Shown: in pieces, positions 20,601 through 30,800 of the stretch
Layout: the number at the start of each line of letters is the position of its first letter
Position numbering within the stretch: position 1 is the first letter of the stretch
NCBI GenBank assembly: GCA_048571215.1
Contig: CP182352.1
Location: 3,168,001-3,232,000 of the forward strand
Origin: Halarcobacter sp.
GTDB lineage: Bacteria > Campylobacterota > Campylobacteria > Campylobacterales > Arcobacteraceae
Length of the DNA stretch: 64,000 bases
Direction: 5' to 3'
Program-made: the position numbers and the translations under genes
Notes under the pieces: model-generated
The model's database searches: none
Seen by the model: only the letters and a program-made list of their open reading frames with translations
Told to the model about the DNA's origin: nothing

Positions 20601-23600
20601 TTTTAAATTACTTGCATTTGTACCTAAGGTGCTTGCAGTTATTTTTAATTCATCTGCTTTTACATTATTAAATGGTGCAGTTGATATTAAATTATTTGTA
20701 ATAGTTGTTGCAAGTAAACTAACATCACTAGTAGTTACAATTTGTCCTAAGCTTAATGTTGTTGTTGAAGCATATCTTACATTTGCAGCTGTTGCATCTG
20801 TTTTTGAAGTACTTGCCATTGATATAGCATTTGCTTGTACATCCACTGTTCCTACGGTTGTGATATTCGCATTTTGCGCAAATGTCCCACCTGTGATTAT
20901 TGATAAAGCACCTGATGTTGAACTTAAGGCACTACTTAATGTTATATTATCTGCTTTTAATAGTGTATCGCCATTTGAAGAAACTGTAGCATTAGAAGTT
21001 ACATCTATATCTCCACTTGCACTTACTAAAATTAATTTATCTGTTGATACTAAATTCTCTTGGGCACTATTTGCTGTAGCTGTTATACTTCCATCACTAT
21101 TCACCCCATTTACATCTACACTTACAGAGTCTATTGATAAACCATCACTTTCACTTACAAACAATCCAGCACCTTTAGCACTTAAAGTTGTAACTGTTGT
21201 CTCTATGTGATTTGTTGCTGTTCCTATAAAACCTGTTATATCTAACAATAAGCTTGATGCTTGAATATCCACATCACTATTTGTTGTATCTATTGCATCT
21301 GTATCTACTAAATTACCAAGTGCTGTAATTGATACACTTCCTGTTCCTGCATTGATACTCTCAATATTTACATCATTTCCTGCATCTAATAAAATATTTC
21401 CACTATTTGTTGTAGCTATTTGTGTACCATCTGCCATTGTAATATCATTTAATGCTATTACTTGAATTGTTTTTGTTGCAGTTGATGCTATGATATTTGC
21501 ATTTACTAATACATCATTATCTGAAACTATTGAAATGTTTCCATTATTTGAAGTTACTATTCCATTTAATGTTATATCAAAGGCTTCATCATTAGCTACA
21601 TCTTCTGTTGTTAATAGAATATTATTATTTGCTGTTATTGTTCCTGCTGTTATTGCTCCATTTATTGTTGAAACTACTGCATTACCTGTTGTTCCTAAAG
21701 CACTAAGTGAAGTTATACTTAAATCATCACTTTCTTGAATAAATATATCACCACTTGTTGTATTTGAAGCAGTAAGTGATGCTATTGTTGTATCTATATC
21801 TGCATCCCCACTTGCTCCTATACCTGTTGCTGCAACTAAACTAACTACTGTTGTAGTTCCTTTTATATTTGCATCTTCTGTATCTAGGTTATCACTAATA
21901 TTTCCATTTGTTGCTGTTATATTTACATTTGAGCTTGTATCTATTACTGATAGTGCTACATTTGTATTTGCTGTATATGTTACAACTCCACTTGTACTTG
22001 TTGTATTTTTACCACTATTCATGATAATTGAACCAGCACTTGATACTACATCTATATTTCCAGCTACAGAACTAATAGCTCCATCTTGTGTGATATCTCC
22101 TAGGCTTGATACAATATTTACTACACCTAAGTTTGAACTTTGTGTTATTGCATCTATTGTTAAAGTATCTGTTTCTTTAACATATATATCTCCACTTGTT
22201 GCATTTGTGATATCTATATTTGATACTGTTGTATTAATATCATCTACACTTGTTCCAACCCCTGTATTAGAGTTTATTGTTAATACATCTGCTATTACAT
22301 TTGCTGTTTCTGCACTTAGGTTATCACTTATATATCCATTTGTTGCACTTAAGTTTACATTTGCTGTTGTTGAAACCAACGATAGTTTTATATTATTAGC
22401 TGCATTTAGGGTTATATCATCTTGAGCTATTATGTTTTTACCATCAGTTATAGTAATAGAACCTGTTGTTGAAGTTATTGCTACTTCCCCACTTGAAGAT
22501 ATATTACTTTGAAGTGCATCTTCTGTATTTGTAGTACTTGCATCTGTATTTATTGTTGTAACACTTATTGCTGATGTTTCATTTATAGTAAGATTACCTG
22601 CTTGTGTTATAAATAAACTTCCACCATTTGAGCTTAATGTTGAAATATCTGTTTCAATGTAATCTAAAGTAGTTGCTGTTGAACCACTAACAGTTAATTT
22701 TAATTCATCTGCTGTGATATTATTTGTATTAGCATTTGCATCACTAATTGAACTTGCAAGTAAACTAACATCACTAGTAGTTACAATTTGTCCTAAGCTT
22801 AATGTTGTTGTTGAAGCATATCTTACATTTGCAGCTGTTGCATCTGTTTTTGAAGTACTTGCCATTGATATAGCATTTGCTTGTACATCCACTGTTCCTA
22901 CGGTTGTGATATTCGCATTTTGCGCAAATGTCCCACCTGTGATTATTGATAAAGCACCTGATGTTGAACTTAAGGCACTACTTAATGTTATATTATCTGC
23001 TTTTAATAGTGTATCGCCATTTGAAGAAACTGTAGCATTAGAAGTTACATCTATATCTCCACTTGCACTTACTAAAATTAATTTATCTGTTGATACTAAA
23101 TTCTCTTGGGCACTATTTGCTGTAGCTGTTATACTTCCATCACTATTCACCCCATTTACATCTACACTTACAGAGTCTATTGATAAACCATCACTTTCAC
23201 TTACAAACAATCCAGCACCTTTAGCACTTAAAGTTGTAACTGTTGTCTCTATGTGATTTGTTGCTGTTCCTATAAAACCTGTTATATCTAACAATAAGCT
23301 TGATGCTTGAATATCCACATCACTATTTGTTGTATCTATTGCATCTGTATCTACTAAATTACCAAGTGCTGTAATTGATACACTTCCTGTTCCTGCATTG
23401 ATACTCTCAATATTTACATCATTTCCTGCATCTAATAAAATATTTCCACTATTTGTTGTAGCTATTTGTGTACCATCTGCCATTGTAATATCATTTAATG
23501 CTATTACTTGAATTGTTTTTGTTGCAGTTGATGCTATGATATTTGCATTTACTAATACATCATTATCTGAAACTATTGAAATGTTTCCATTATTTGAAGT

Positions 23601-26600
23601 TACTATTCCATTTAATGTTATATCAAAGGCTTCATCATTAGCTACATCTTCTGTTGTTAATAGAATATTATTATTTGCTGTTATTGTTCCTGCTGTTATT
23701 GCTCCATTTATTGTTGAAACTACTGCATTACCTGTTGTTCCTAAAGCACTAAGTGAAGTTATACTTAAATCATCACTTTCTTGAATAAATATATCACCAC
23801 TTGTTGTATTTGAAGCAGTAAGTGATGCTATTGTTGTATCTATATCTGCATCCCCACTTGCTCCTATACCTGTTGCTGCAACTAAACTAACTACTGTTGT
23901 AGTTCCTTTTATATTTGCATCTTCTGTATCTAGGTTATCACTAATATTTCCATTTGTTGCTGTTATATTTACATTTGAGCTTGTATCTATTACTGATAGT
24001 GCTACATTTGTATTTGCTGTATATGTTACAACTCCACTTGTACTTGTTGTATTTTTACCACTATTCATGATAATTGAACCAGCACTTGATACTACATCTA
24101 TATTTCCAGCTACAGAACTAATAGCTCCATCTTGTGTGATATCTCCTAGGCTTGATACAATATTTACTACACCTAAGTTTGAACTTTGTGTTATTGCATC
24201 TATTGTTAAAGTATCTGTTTCTTTAACATATATATCTCCACTTGTTGCATTTGTGATATCTATATTTGATACTGTTGTATTAATATCATCTACACTTGTT
24301 CCAACCCCTGTATTAGAGTTTATTGTTAATACATCTGCTATTACATTTGCTGTTTCTGCACTTAGGTTATCACTTATATATCCATTTGTTGCACTTAAGT
24401 TTACATTTGCTGTTGTTGAAACCAACGATAGTTTTATATTATTAGCTGCATTTAGGGTTATATCTGCACTATTAGAACTTTTTGTTAGGGTGTCATTATT
24501 CATAATGATTGAACCAGCAATTGAACTTAAAGTTATAGTTCCACTTGTTGAGTTAATATCTCCATCTTGTGTTATATCTCCTAGAGTTGCTACAACACTT
24601 ATATTACCTGCTAAGGTTTGTGTTATTGCATCTATTGTTAAAGTATCTGTTTCTTTAACATATATATCTCCACTTGTTGCATTTGTGATATCTATATTTG
24701 ATACTGTTGTATTAATATCATCTACACTTGTTCCAACCCCTGTATTAGAGTTTATTGTTAATACATCTGCTATTACATTTGCTGTTTCTGCACTTAGGTT
24801 ATCACTAATATTTCCACTTGTTGCACTTAGGTTTACATTTGCTGCTGTTGAAACTAATGATAATTTTATATTATCATTTGCAGTGTAATTTATAATACCA
24901 TTTGTAGATGAAGCACTTGTTGCATCAGCCATAACAATAGAATCATTATATGAAGTGATATTTATTGCCCCTGCTGCATATGTATGTGTTATATTTGCAT
25001 TTATATTTATATTTCCATCAGCTTTTAAATTAACATTCTCTCCCGCACTAGTAATCGTTTCATTTACATTAACTACTGTATCTATCCCTGTATCTTTTGC
25101 TTGGATAGTTAAGCTTCCACTTCCTGCATTACTAACCCCATTTTGTCCTGATGCTATTGTGATATTACCATTTTGAGTAGTTAAGCTTGTTGTTCCACCT
25201 GTTGCACTTTGAGATAATCTATTTACTACTATATCTCCTCCACTTGCTAGCTCATTTATTTTTATATTCCCTGTCCCTAAGTTTTGGGCATCTAATGTTG
25301 TAACTTTTGTAAACATTAAATCTATCCCTGTTTGTGAACTTACTGTAAGGGTATTTGAAACTAACTCTTCACTTGTTAATCCATCTGTAGAATCATTAAT
25401 TTGTGAAATCTTACCTGATTGTGAATATAAAGTTATATCACTTGACTGGGCTTCTATATAGTTTGAAATAGTTATATTATTTATTGCATCTAAAGTGATA
25501 TCTCCTGATGCTATTAATTTATTATATTCATTTGAATAATCTTCTATTTTTATACTTCCACCATATATCTCTACATTATCTTTAAACGTTAATTGATTTG
25601 ATGCTATTACACCTACTCTTACTTCTCCAACTGCTGTTGATTTTGTATGGTTATCTATATCTTTATGTCCAAATATTATTTTAGAGAAACCATCTGTTAG
25701 TGTCCCCATTTCTGTTGCTGTTATATTTAGAGTATTTGCTGTTGTTTCTAGTGGTGGTGATGAAATTGACATATCATAACTTGTATTTGTTGGTCTTAAT
25801 GTTAAGGTTCCTGCACCTGTACTTGTTATTGATTCTTCTCCACCTTTGAAGTTTATCTCATTACCTTCAATTAAAATATCTCCACCTGCAGAAACGCCAT
25901 CTTCAAACACTACTAAGTCTGCACCTATTATTGTTAGGTTTCCACTTAGTGTAAGTTGTTGATTAAAGGTTACTGTTCCTGTAGCATAAATATAAATATC
26001 TCCATCTACATTTACTTCCCCTTTAAAGGTAACATTTTCGGCACCTTCACTATTATCACTTGTATCTAAAATACTTAGACCTTCTAATTGGTCTGTGTAT
26101 CCCACTGTACTATTTACAACTATACTTCCACCATTTGCATTTAAGTTTAATGTATCTGTTGTTCCAGCATTACCATCTAATCTGTGAGTTGTTGATGCTC
26201 CTAGGGTAATATTACCTGTACCATCTGTTCCTGCTGTTATTGAGTCATTACTTGTAACTACAATTGAATCACTTATTAATACATCATCTGCCAATGATAT
26301 TGCTGTATCTGATCCACCTGATCCAAAGTTTAAGGTATGTCCTGATCCATATATACTTAATGATGTACCTTCCCCTCCTATGAGATTATCATAGATGTAC
26401 ATCTCTCCTCCTAGGTTTGGATTGTTGATTGTTAAAGATACATCAATATTTATATCTCCTTGTTCAGAAGATTTATCTCCTATCTCAATAATGCTTCCAC
26501 TATTTTCATCACCAATTACTAAACTATTAGCACTATCTTTTAGATTTTTTATTTGAGAAGAAGTAAGGTGTAGAGCATCTGATGATACACTTGTACTATC

Positions 26601-26885
26601 ACCAATTACTAATGTTTGATTTTGATTTGTTTTGATGTTTGCAGATGGTTTGTCTTGATTGTTTTCTTGAACATAAACTATATTGTTGTTTTCTTCACTT
26701 AAATAATCTACAGTAGCACCAACAATTGGATTTGCAGATAGTAGCAATCTAGATTCTAAAGGATTAATAGTAAACCTATTTTTATTAAAACTAATACTTT
26801 TTTTTAATTCTTTTGCTTTTAATTTTTTTTGTGTTAACTCTTTAATTCTTTTAAAAAATCTAAAATCGCTAAATGATTTTGACAT
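14607..26885 (-). CDS. Giant LEPR-XLL-motif repeat protein (4,092 aa), probable beta-helical adhesin or surface protein
   Basis: Uninterrupted ORF with AAGGA RBS. Basic leader, then FTINPLESRLLLSA, then T/S/N/D/I/A/G-rich repeats. Ends EYWIEDIAL. Confidence 0.85.
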   Translation of the reverse strand: MSKSFSDFRFFKRIKELTQKKLKAKELKKSISFNKNRFTINPLESRLLLSANPIVGATVDYLSEENNNIVYVQENNQDKPSANIKTNQNQTLVIGDSTSVSSDALHLTSSQIKNLKDSANSLVIGDENSGSIIEIGDKSSEQGDINIDVSLTINNPNLGGEMYIYDNLIGGEGTSLSIYGSGHTLNFGSGGSDTAISLADDVLISDSIVVTSNDSITAGTDGTGNITLGASTTHRLDGNAGTTDTLNLNANGGSIVVNSTVGYTDQLEGLSILDTSDNSEGAENVTFKGEVNVDGDIYIYATGTVTFNQQLTLSGNLTIIGADLVVFEDGVSAGGDILIEGNEINFKGGEESITSTGAGTLTLRPTNTSYDMSISSPPLETTANTLNITATEMGTLTDGFSKIIFGHKDIDNHTKSTAVGEVRVGVIASNQLTFKDNVEIYGGSIKIEDYSNEYNKLIASGDITLDAINNITISNYIEAQSSDITLYSQSGKISQINDSTDGLTSEELVSNTLTVSSQTGIDLMFTKVTTLDAQNLGTGNIKINELASGGDIVVNRLSQSATGGTTSLTTQNGNITIASGQNGVSNAGSGSLTIQAKDTGIDTVVNVNETITSAGENVNLKADGNININANITHTYAAGAINITSYNDSIVMADATSASSTNGIINYTANDNIKLSLVSTAANVNLSATSGNISDNLSAETANVIADVLTINSNTGVGTSVDDINTTVSNIDITNATSGDIYVKETDTLTIDAITQTLAGNISVVATLGDITQDGDINSTSGTITLSSIAGSIIMNNDTLTKSSNSADITLNAANNIKLSLVSTTANVNLSATNGYISDNLSAETANVIADVLTINSNTGVGTSVDDINTTVSNIDITNATSGDIYVKETDTLTIDAITQSSNLGVVNIVSSLGDITQDGAISSVAGNIDVVSSAGSIIMNSGKNTTSTSGVVTYTANTNVALSVIDTSSNVNITATNGNISDNLDTEDANIKGTTTVVSLVAATGIGASGDADIDTTIASLTASNTTSGDIFIQESDDLSITSLSALGTTGNAVVSTINGAITAGTITANNNILLTTEDVANDEAFDITLNGIVTSNNGNISIVSDNDVLVNANIIASTATKTIQVIALNDITMADGTQIATTNSGNILLDAGNDVNIESINAGTGSVSITALGNLVDTDAIDTTNSDVDIQASSLLLDITGFIGTATNHIETTVTTLSAKGAGLFVSESDGLSIDSVSVDVNGVNSDGSITATANSAQENLVSTDKLILVSASGDIDVTSNATVSSNGDTLLKADNITLSSALSSTSGALSIITGGTFAQNANITTVGTVDVQANAISMASTSKTDATAANVRYASTTTLSLGQIVTTSDVSLLASSISDANANTNNITADELKLTVSGSTATTLDYIETDISTLSSNGGSLFITQAGNLTINETSAISVTTINTDASTTNTEDALQSNISSSGEVAITSTTGSITITDGKNIIAQDDITLNAANNIKLSLVSTTANVNLSATNGYISDNLSAETANVIADVLTINSNTGVGTSVDDINTTVSNIDITNATSGDIYVKETDTLTIDAITQSSNLGVVNIVSSLGDITQDGAISSVAGNIDVVSSAGSIIMNSGKNTTSTSGVVTYTANTNVALSVIDTSSNVNITATNGNISDNLDTEDANIKGTTTVVSLVAATGIGASGDADIDTTIASLTASNTTSGDIFIQESDDLSITSLSALGTTGNAVVSTINGAITAGTITANNNILLTTEDVANDEAFDITLNGIVTSNNGNISIVSDNDVLVNANIIASTATKTIQVIALNDITMADGTQIATTNSGNILLDAGNDVNIESINAGTGSVSITALGNLVDTDAIDTTNSDVDIQASSLLLDITGFIGTATNHIETTVTTLSAKGAGLFVSESDGLSIDSVSVDVNGVNSDGSITATANSAQENLVSTDKLILVSASGDIDVTSNATVSSNGDTLLKADNITLSSALSSTSGALSIITGGTFAQNANITTVGTVDVQANAISMASTSKTDATAANVRYASTTTLSLGQIVTTSDVSLLATTITNNLISTAPFNNVKADELKITASTLGTNASNLKTDLATLSANVSGDVFVKEANAVNIGQTSAITVTTIGTDASTSNTIDALQTKLSSLGNLVLQASGVITTLDITGNIEASGNILVKSATNITSNAQILSTGGNITLDASANININDNVTTQTANKTIDIFSTAGNVIMSDASQVSTSDSNIRVKAKDFSISSLNAGTANVSLFLTGVFSDSGDTNTDITANKLRVYLSGAGVVGANTQNIETSINVLSAVVNKNGLYLDNSKDILIDNVEAISVNKVGTNGLTTARTDDAQDSINSTGTVSLIANGSILDRADNSVSIISDKLILDATNGIGTQANNLNTTVSNIDITNATSGDIYVKETDTLTIDAITQSSNLGVVNIVSTLGDITQDGAISSVAGNIDVVSSAGSIIMNSGKNTTSTNGVVTYTANTNVALSVIDTSSNVNITATNGNISDNLSAETANVIADVLTINSNTGVGTSVDDINTTVSNIDITNATSGDIYVKETDTLTIDAITQSSNLGVVNIVSTLGDITQDGAISSVAGNIDVVSSAGSIIMNSGKNTTSTNGVVTYTANTNVALSVIDTSSNVNITATNGNISDNLSAETANVIADVLTINSNTGVGTSVDDINTTVSNIDITNATSGDIYVKETDTLTIDAITQSSNLGVVNIVSTLGDITQDGAISSVAGNIDVVSSAGSIIMNSGKNTTSTNGVVTYTANTNVALSVIDTSSNVNITATNGNISDNLSAETANVIADVLTINSNTGVGTSVDDINTTVSNIDITNATSGDIYVKETDTLTIDAITQSSNLGVVNIVSTLGDITQDGAISSVAGNIDVVSSAGSIIMNSGKNTTSTNGVVTYTANTNVALSVIDTSSNVNITATNGNISDNLSAETANVIADVLTINSNTGVGTSVDDINTTVSNIDITNATSGDIYVKETDTLTIDAITQSSNLGVVNIVSSLGDITQDGAISSVAGNIDVVSSAGSIIMNSGKNTTSTSGVVTYTANTNVALSVIDTSSNVNITATNGNISDNLDTEDANIKGTTTVVSLVAATGIGANGDADIDTTIASLTASNTTSGDIFIQESDDLILDSITTSGNVDITASNLTNTATSLLSSSLLSLDVTSADINTKVSTLTATASGDVTINESDDLILDSITTSGNVDITASNLTNTATSLLSSSLLSLDVTSADINTKVSTLTATASGDVTINESDDLILDSITTSGNVDITASNLTNTATSLLSSSLLSLDVTSADINTKVSTLTATASGDVTINESDDLILDSITTSGNVDITASNLTNTATSLLSSSLLSLDVTSADINTKVSTLTATASGDVTINESDDLILDSITTSGNVDITASNLTNTATSLLSSSLLSLDVTSADINTKVSTLTATASGDVTINESDDLILDSITTSGNVDITASNLTNTATSLLSSSLLSLDVTSADINTKVSTLTATASGDVTINESDDLILDSITTSGNVDITASNLTNTATSLLSSSLLSLDVTSADINTKVSTLTATASGDVTINESDDLILDSITTSGNVDITASNLTNTATSLLSSSLLSLDVTSADINTKVSTLTATASGDVTINESDDLILDSITTSGNVDITASNLTNTATSLLSSSLLSLDVTSADINTKVSTLTATASGDVTINESDDLILDSITTSGNVDITASNLTNTATSLLSSSLLSLDVTSADINTKVSTLTATASGDVTINESDDLILDSMTTDGNVTISANNITNNTTLVADKLSLDVTTASLDTDIAVLKAIASGDVSINELDYLVVEDVQTSSNVTIQTQDSMKIGTISANTVTLKTQDGRITDYYNNQNTNITAQNLNMVGKGAFTKGEYLLNSTSLNNLSNNAINTDVRNLFIANKQEAKIDSKIGSSTSVFLVEKDNYSLQVVNKTIVTPKLSQIETTMDLTNSYSAVEQWSFAKEIDYELLNSSYVMKTHHVQAQENIQTRVTSLFESINNPTYVNHTSNVVNTQTVQTSITDVLNPISLNYSNYTSNFNENLIIDRIDSELFEYWIEDIAL
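15535..17453 (-). repeat. 189-bp (63-aa) intragenic tandem repeat, 10 full units plus a partial unit
   Basis: atactatctagaattaaatcatcactttc recurs every 189 bp from 15535 to 17425. Confidence 0.95.
17604..19684 (-). repeat. 432-bp (144-aa) intragenic tandem repeat, ~4.8 units
   Basis: atgataattgaaccagcac at 17740, 18172, 18604, 19036 and 19468. Confidence 0.9.
20708..24464 (-). repeat. Two ~1.7-kb direct copies with 2046-bp period (20708-22418 and 22754-24464)
   Basis: Matching segments offset by 2046 (21490/23536; 22021/24067). Confidence 0.9.
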
Positions 26886-26962
26886 TATTATAGTTCCTTA
26901 TGTGCCTTTAGCAAAAAAAAGTAAGATTTTCTTAACTAAAGGTAAATTTTATATATATAAAT

Positions 26963-27000
26963 AAAAAAAGGTAGTGATATCATATCACTACCTTTTTTTT
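26963..27000 (-). terminator. Rho-independent (probably bidirectional) terminator after sapC
   Basis: Perfect inverted repeat aaaaaaaggtagtgatat-c-atatcactacctttttttt, 3 bp beyond the sapC stop, with a T tract on both strands. Confidence 0.85.
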
Positions 27001-27003
27001 AAA

Positions 27004-27759
27004 TTATTCTTTAATCTCTTCAAATCTATCTTCAATACTATCTGTTTGAGTTAAACTTTTATCTTTAAAACCTAAAAGTCTTTCTATTTGAGAAAGAGAA
27101 CTTAAGTGTGAATATATAACTGATAAATATCTTTTATTTTTCATTTCTATAAATTTTTCATCAGAAAAATTATTTAGTCTTTCTTCATTAATAACAAAAG
27201 CACCTGCGATATTTTTCATTTCATTTTTAATATTTACTCTCATATTTAAAGGAGTAAATAGGTTATTTTCTTTTAGAAATTTTGAAAATTCAGTTGTAAA
27301 CATATCCATCTGATGCAGTTCTGACAGATATTGTTTAACTTTATCCATTGTTTCAGATGGAGTATTATCTTCGTTGAAAAGGTTTTCTCCTTCTTCATCA
27401 TTTAAAAATTCACTTGATTCATCTATACAAACAGTAAATTTATTTTCCTCATTACTTTTTGCTAAAGCGAAAGGATATCTTCTAATTATTGCTGGTATAT
27501 ACGAGGCATTCCATTTTTCATTATCATTACTTAAAAATAAGTTTTCTCCTGGTTCTAGTCCAAGCATTGCAACTGGTTTAAATTCATCATTTTCCTTATC
27601 CTCTATAAATACTATAGGATATATTGAAGAGGCTTTTGGGAATTCATGAGCCATAACAGTAGCTATATGTACATCTTTTGAAAAACTAAAATTATTAATA
27701 GGTTTAATTTTTTTATTTTTATGTCTTTCTAGCGTAATTGGTACAATTGTTTTAAACAT
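27004..27759 (-). CDS. sapC: SapC-family protein
   Basis: EFPKASSIYPIVF, PVAMLGLEPGENLFL, W..SYIPAIIRRYPFAL, INEERL, IYSHLSSL. AAGGAG RBS. Confidence 0.85.
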   Translation of the reverse strand: MFKTIVPITLERHKNKKIKPINNFSFSKDVHIATVMAHEFPKASSIYPIVFIEDKENDEFKPVAMLGLEPGENLFLSNDNEKWNASYIPAIIRRYPFALAKSNEENKFTVCIDESSEFLNDEEGENLFNEDNTPSETMDKVKQYLSELHQMDMFTTEFSKFLKENNLFTPLNMRVNIKNEMKNIAGAFVINEERLNNFSDEKFIEMKNKRYLSVIYSHLSSLSQIERLLGFKDKSLTQTDSIEDRFEEIKE

Positions 27760-27833
27760 TTATTTCTCCTTAAATATTAATGATTTTAATCTTGCTAATA
27801 ATTAAGAGCTTGATATAAAATCAAAATCTAATT

Positions 27834-27842
27834 ATTATAGCA
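27834..27842 (-). promoter_or_regulatory. Candidate extended -10 sigma70 promoter (TGCTATAAT) upstream of sapC
   Basis: Exact TGnTATAAT match on the minus strand ~75 bp before the sapC ATG. The AT-rich background limits confidence. Confidence 0.5.
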
Positions 27843-27872
27843 AAACTATATCATATTTATATCACAAAATTA

Positions 27873-30800
27873 TTACAAGGCAATATCTTCAATCCAATAT
27901 TCAAATAACTCACTGTCAATTCTGTCTATAATTAAATTCTCATTAAAATTACTTGTATAGTTTGAATAATTCAATGATATTGGATTTAATACATCAGTAA
28001 TTGATGTTTGTACTGTTTGAGTATTTACAACATTACTTGTATGATTTACATATGTTGGATTATTTATTGATTCAAACAATGAGGTTACTCTTGTTTGGAT
28101 ATTCTCTTGTGCTTGCACATGATGTGTTTTCATTACATATGACGAGTTTAATAACTCATAATCTATCTCTTTTGCGAAACTCCATTGCTCTACAGCACTA
28201 TAACTATTAGTTAGATCCATAGTTGTTTCTATTTGACTTAACTTAGGAGTTACTATTGTTTTATTTACAACTTGTAAAGAATAGTTGTCTTTTTCTACTA
28301 AAAATACAGATGTTGAAGAACCTATTTTTGAGTCTATTTTAGCTTCTTGTTTATTTGCAATAAATAAATTTCTTACATCTGTATTTATTGCATTATTTGA
28401 CAAGTTATTTAAGCTTGTACTATTTAATAGATACTCACCTTTTGTGAAGGCACCTTTACCTACCATATTTAAATTTTGAGCTGTTATATTCGTATTTTGA
28501 TTATTATAATAATCAGTGATTCTACCATCTTGTGTTTTTAAAGTTACTGTATTCGCACTAATAGTACCTATTTTCATACTATCTTGAGTTTGTATAGTTA
28601 CATTACTTGATGTTTGTACATCTTCTACTACTAAGTAATCCAATTCATTAATACTTACATCACCACTAGCAATTGCTTTTAATACTGCTATATCTGTATC
28701 TAACGAAGCTGTAGTTACATCTAAGCTTAGTTTATCAGCAACTAATGTGGTATTATTAGTAATATTATTTGCACTAATTGTTACATTCCCATCAGTTGTC
28801 ATACTATCTAGAATTAAATCATCACTTTCATTAATAGTTACATCACCACTTGCAGTTGCTGTTAAAGTAGATACTTTTGTATTAATATCTGCACTTGTTA
28901 CATCTAAACTTAATAAACTACTTGACAATAAAGAAGTAGCTGTATTTGTTAGATTAGAAGCTGTTATATCTACATTTCCTGATGTTGTAATACTATCTAG
29001 AATTAAATCATCACTTTCATTAATAGTTACATCACCACTTGCAGTTGCTGTTAAAGTAGATACTTTTGTATTAATATCTGCACTTGTTACATCTAAACTT
29101 AATAAACTACTTGACAATAAAGAAGTAGCTGTATTTGTTAGATTAGAAGCTGTTATATCTACATTTCCTGATGTTGTAATACTATCTAGAATTAAATCAT
29201 CACTTTCATTAATAGTTACATCACCACTTGCAGTTGCTGTTAAAGTAGATACTTTTGTATTAATATCTGCACTTGTTACATCTAAACTTAATAAACTACT
29301 TGACAATAAAGAAGTAGCTGTATTTGTTAGATTAGAAGCTGTTATATCTACATTTCCTGATGTTGTAATACTATCTAGAATTAAATCATCACTTTCATTA
29401 ATAGTTACATCACCACTTGCAGTTGCTGTTAAAGTAGATACTTTTGTATTAATATCTGCACTTGTTACATCTAAACTTAATAAACTACTTGACAATAAAG
29501 AAGTAGCTGTATTTGTTAGATTAGAAGCTGTTATATCTACATTTCCTGATGTTGTAATACTATCTAGAATTAAATCATCACTTTCATTAATAGTTACATC
29601 ACCACTTGCAGTTGCTGTTAAAGTAGATACTTTTGTATTAATATCTGCACTTGTTACATCTAAACTTAATAAACTACTTGACAATAAAGAAGTAGCTGTA
29701 TTTGTTAGATTAGAAGCTGTTATATCTACATTTCCTGATGTTGTAATACTATCTAGAATTAAATCATCACTTTCATTAATAGTTACATCACCACTTGCAG
29801 TTGCTGTTAAAGTAGATACTTTTGTATTAATATCTGCACTTGTTACATCTAAACTTAATAAACTACTTGACAATAAAGAAGTAGCTGTATTTGTTAGATT
29901 AGAAGCTGTTATATCTACATTTCCTGATGTTGTAATACTATCTAGAATTAAATCATCACTTTCATTAATAGTTACATCACCACTTGCAGTTGCTGTTAAA
30001 GTAGATACTTTTGTATTAATATCTGCACTTGTTACATCTAAACTTAATAAACTACTTGACAATAAAGAAGTAGCTGTATTTGTTAGATTAGAAGCTGTTA
30101 TATCTACATTTCCTGATGTTGTAATACTATCTAGAATTAAATCATCACTTTCATTAATAGTTACATCACCACTTGCAGTTGCTGTTAAAGTAGATACTTT
30201 TGTATTAATATCTGCACTTGTTACATCTAAACTTAATAAACTACTTGACAATAAAGAAGTAGCTGTATTTGTTAGATTAGAAGCTGTTATATCTACATTT
30301 CCTGATGTTGTAATACTATCTAGAATTAAATCATCACTTTCATTAATAGTTACATCACCACTTGCAGTTGCTGTTAAAGTAGATACTTTTGTATTAATAT
30401 CTGCACTTGTTACATCTAAACTTAATAAACTACTTGACAATAAAGAAGTAGCTGTATTTGTTAGATTAGAAGCTGTTATATCTACATTTCCTGATGTTGT
30501 AATACTATCTAGAATTAAATCATCACTTTCATTAATAGTTACATCACCACTTGCAGTTGCTGTTAAAGTAGATACTTTTGTATTAATATCTGCACTTGTT
30601 ACATCTAAACTTAATAAACTACTTGACAATAAAGAAGTAGCTGTATTTGTTAGATTAGAAGCTGTTATATCTACATTTCCTGATGTTGTAATACTATCTA
30701 GAATTAAATCATCACTTTCATTAATAGTTACATCACCACTTGCAGTTGCTGTTAAAGTAGATACTTTTGTATTAATATCTGCACTTGTTACATCTAAACT

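Larger units (their letters stand above)
14617..26405 (-). repeat. Large direct duplication, copy A (matches 27883-39185)
   Basis: Sequence matches copy B wherever compared by eye, with offsets 13266, 13644 and 12780. The offset changes equal +2x189 and -2x432. Confidence 0.9.
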
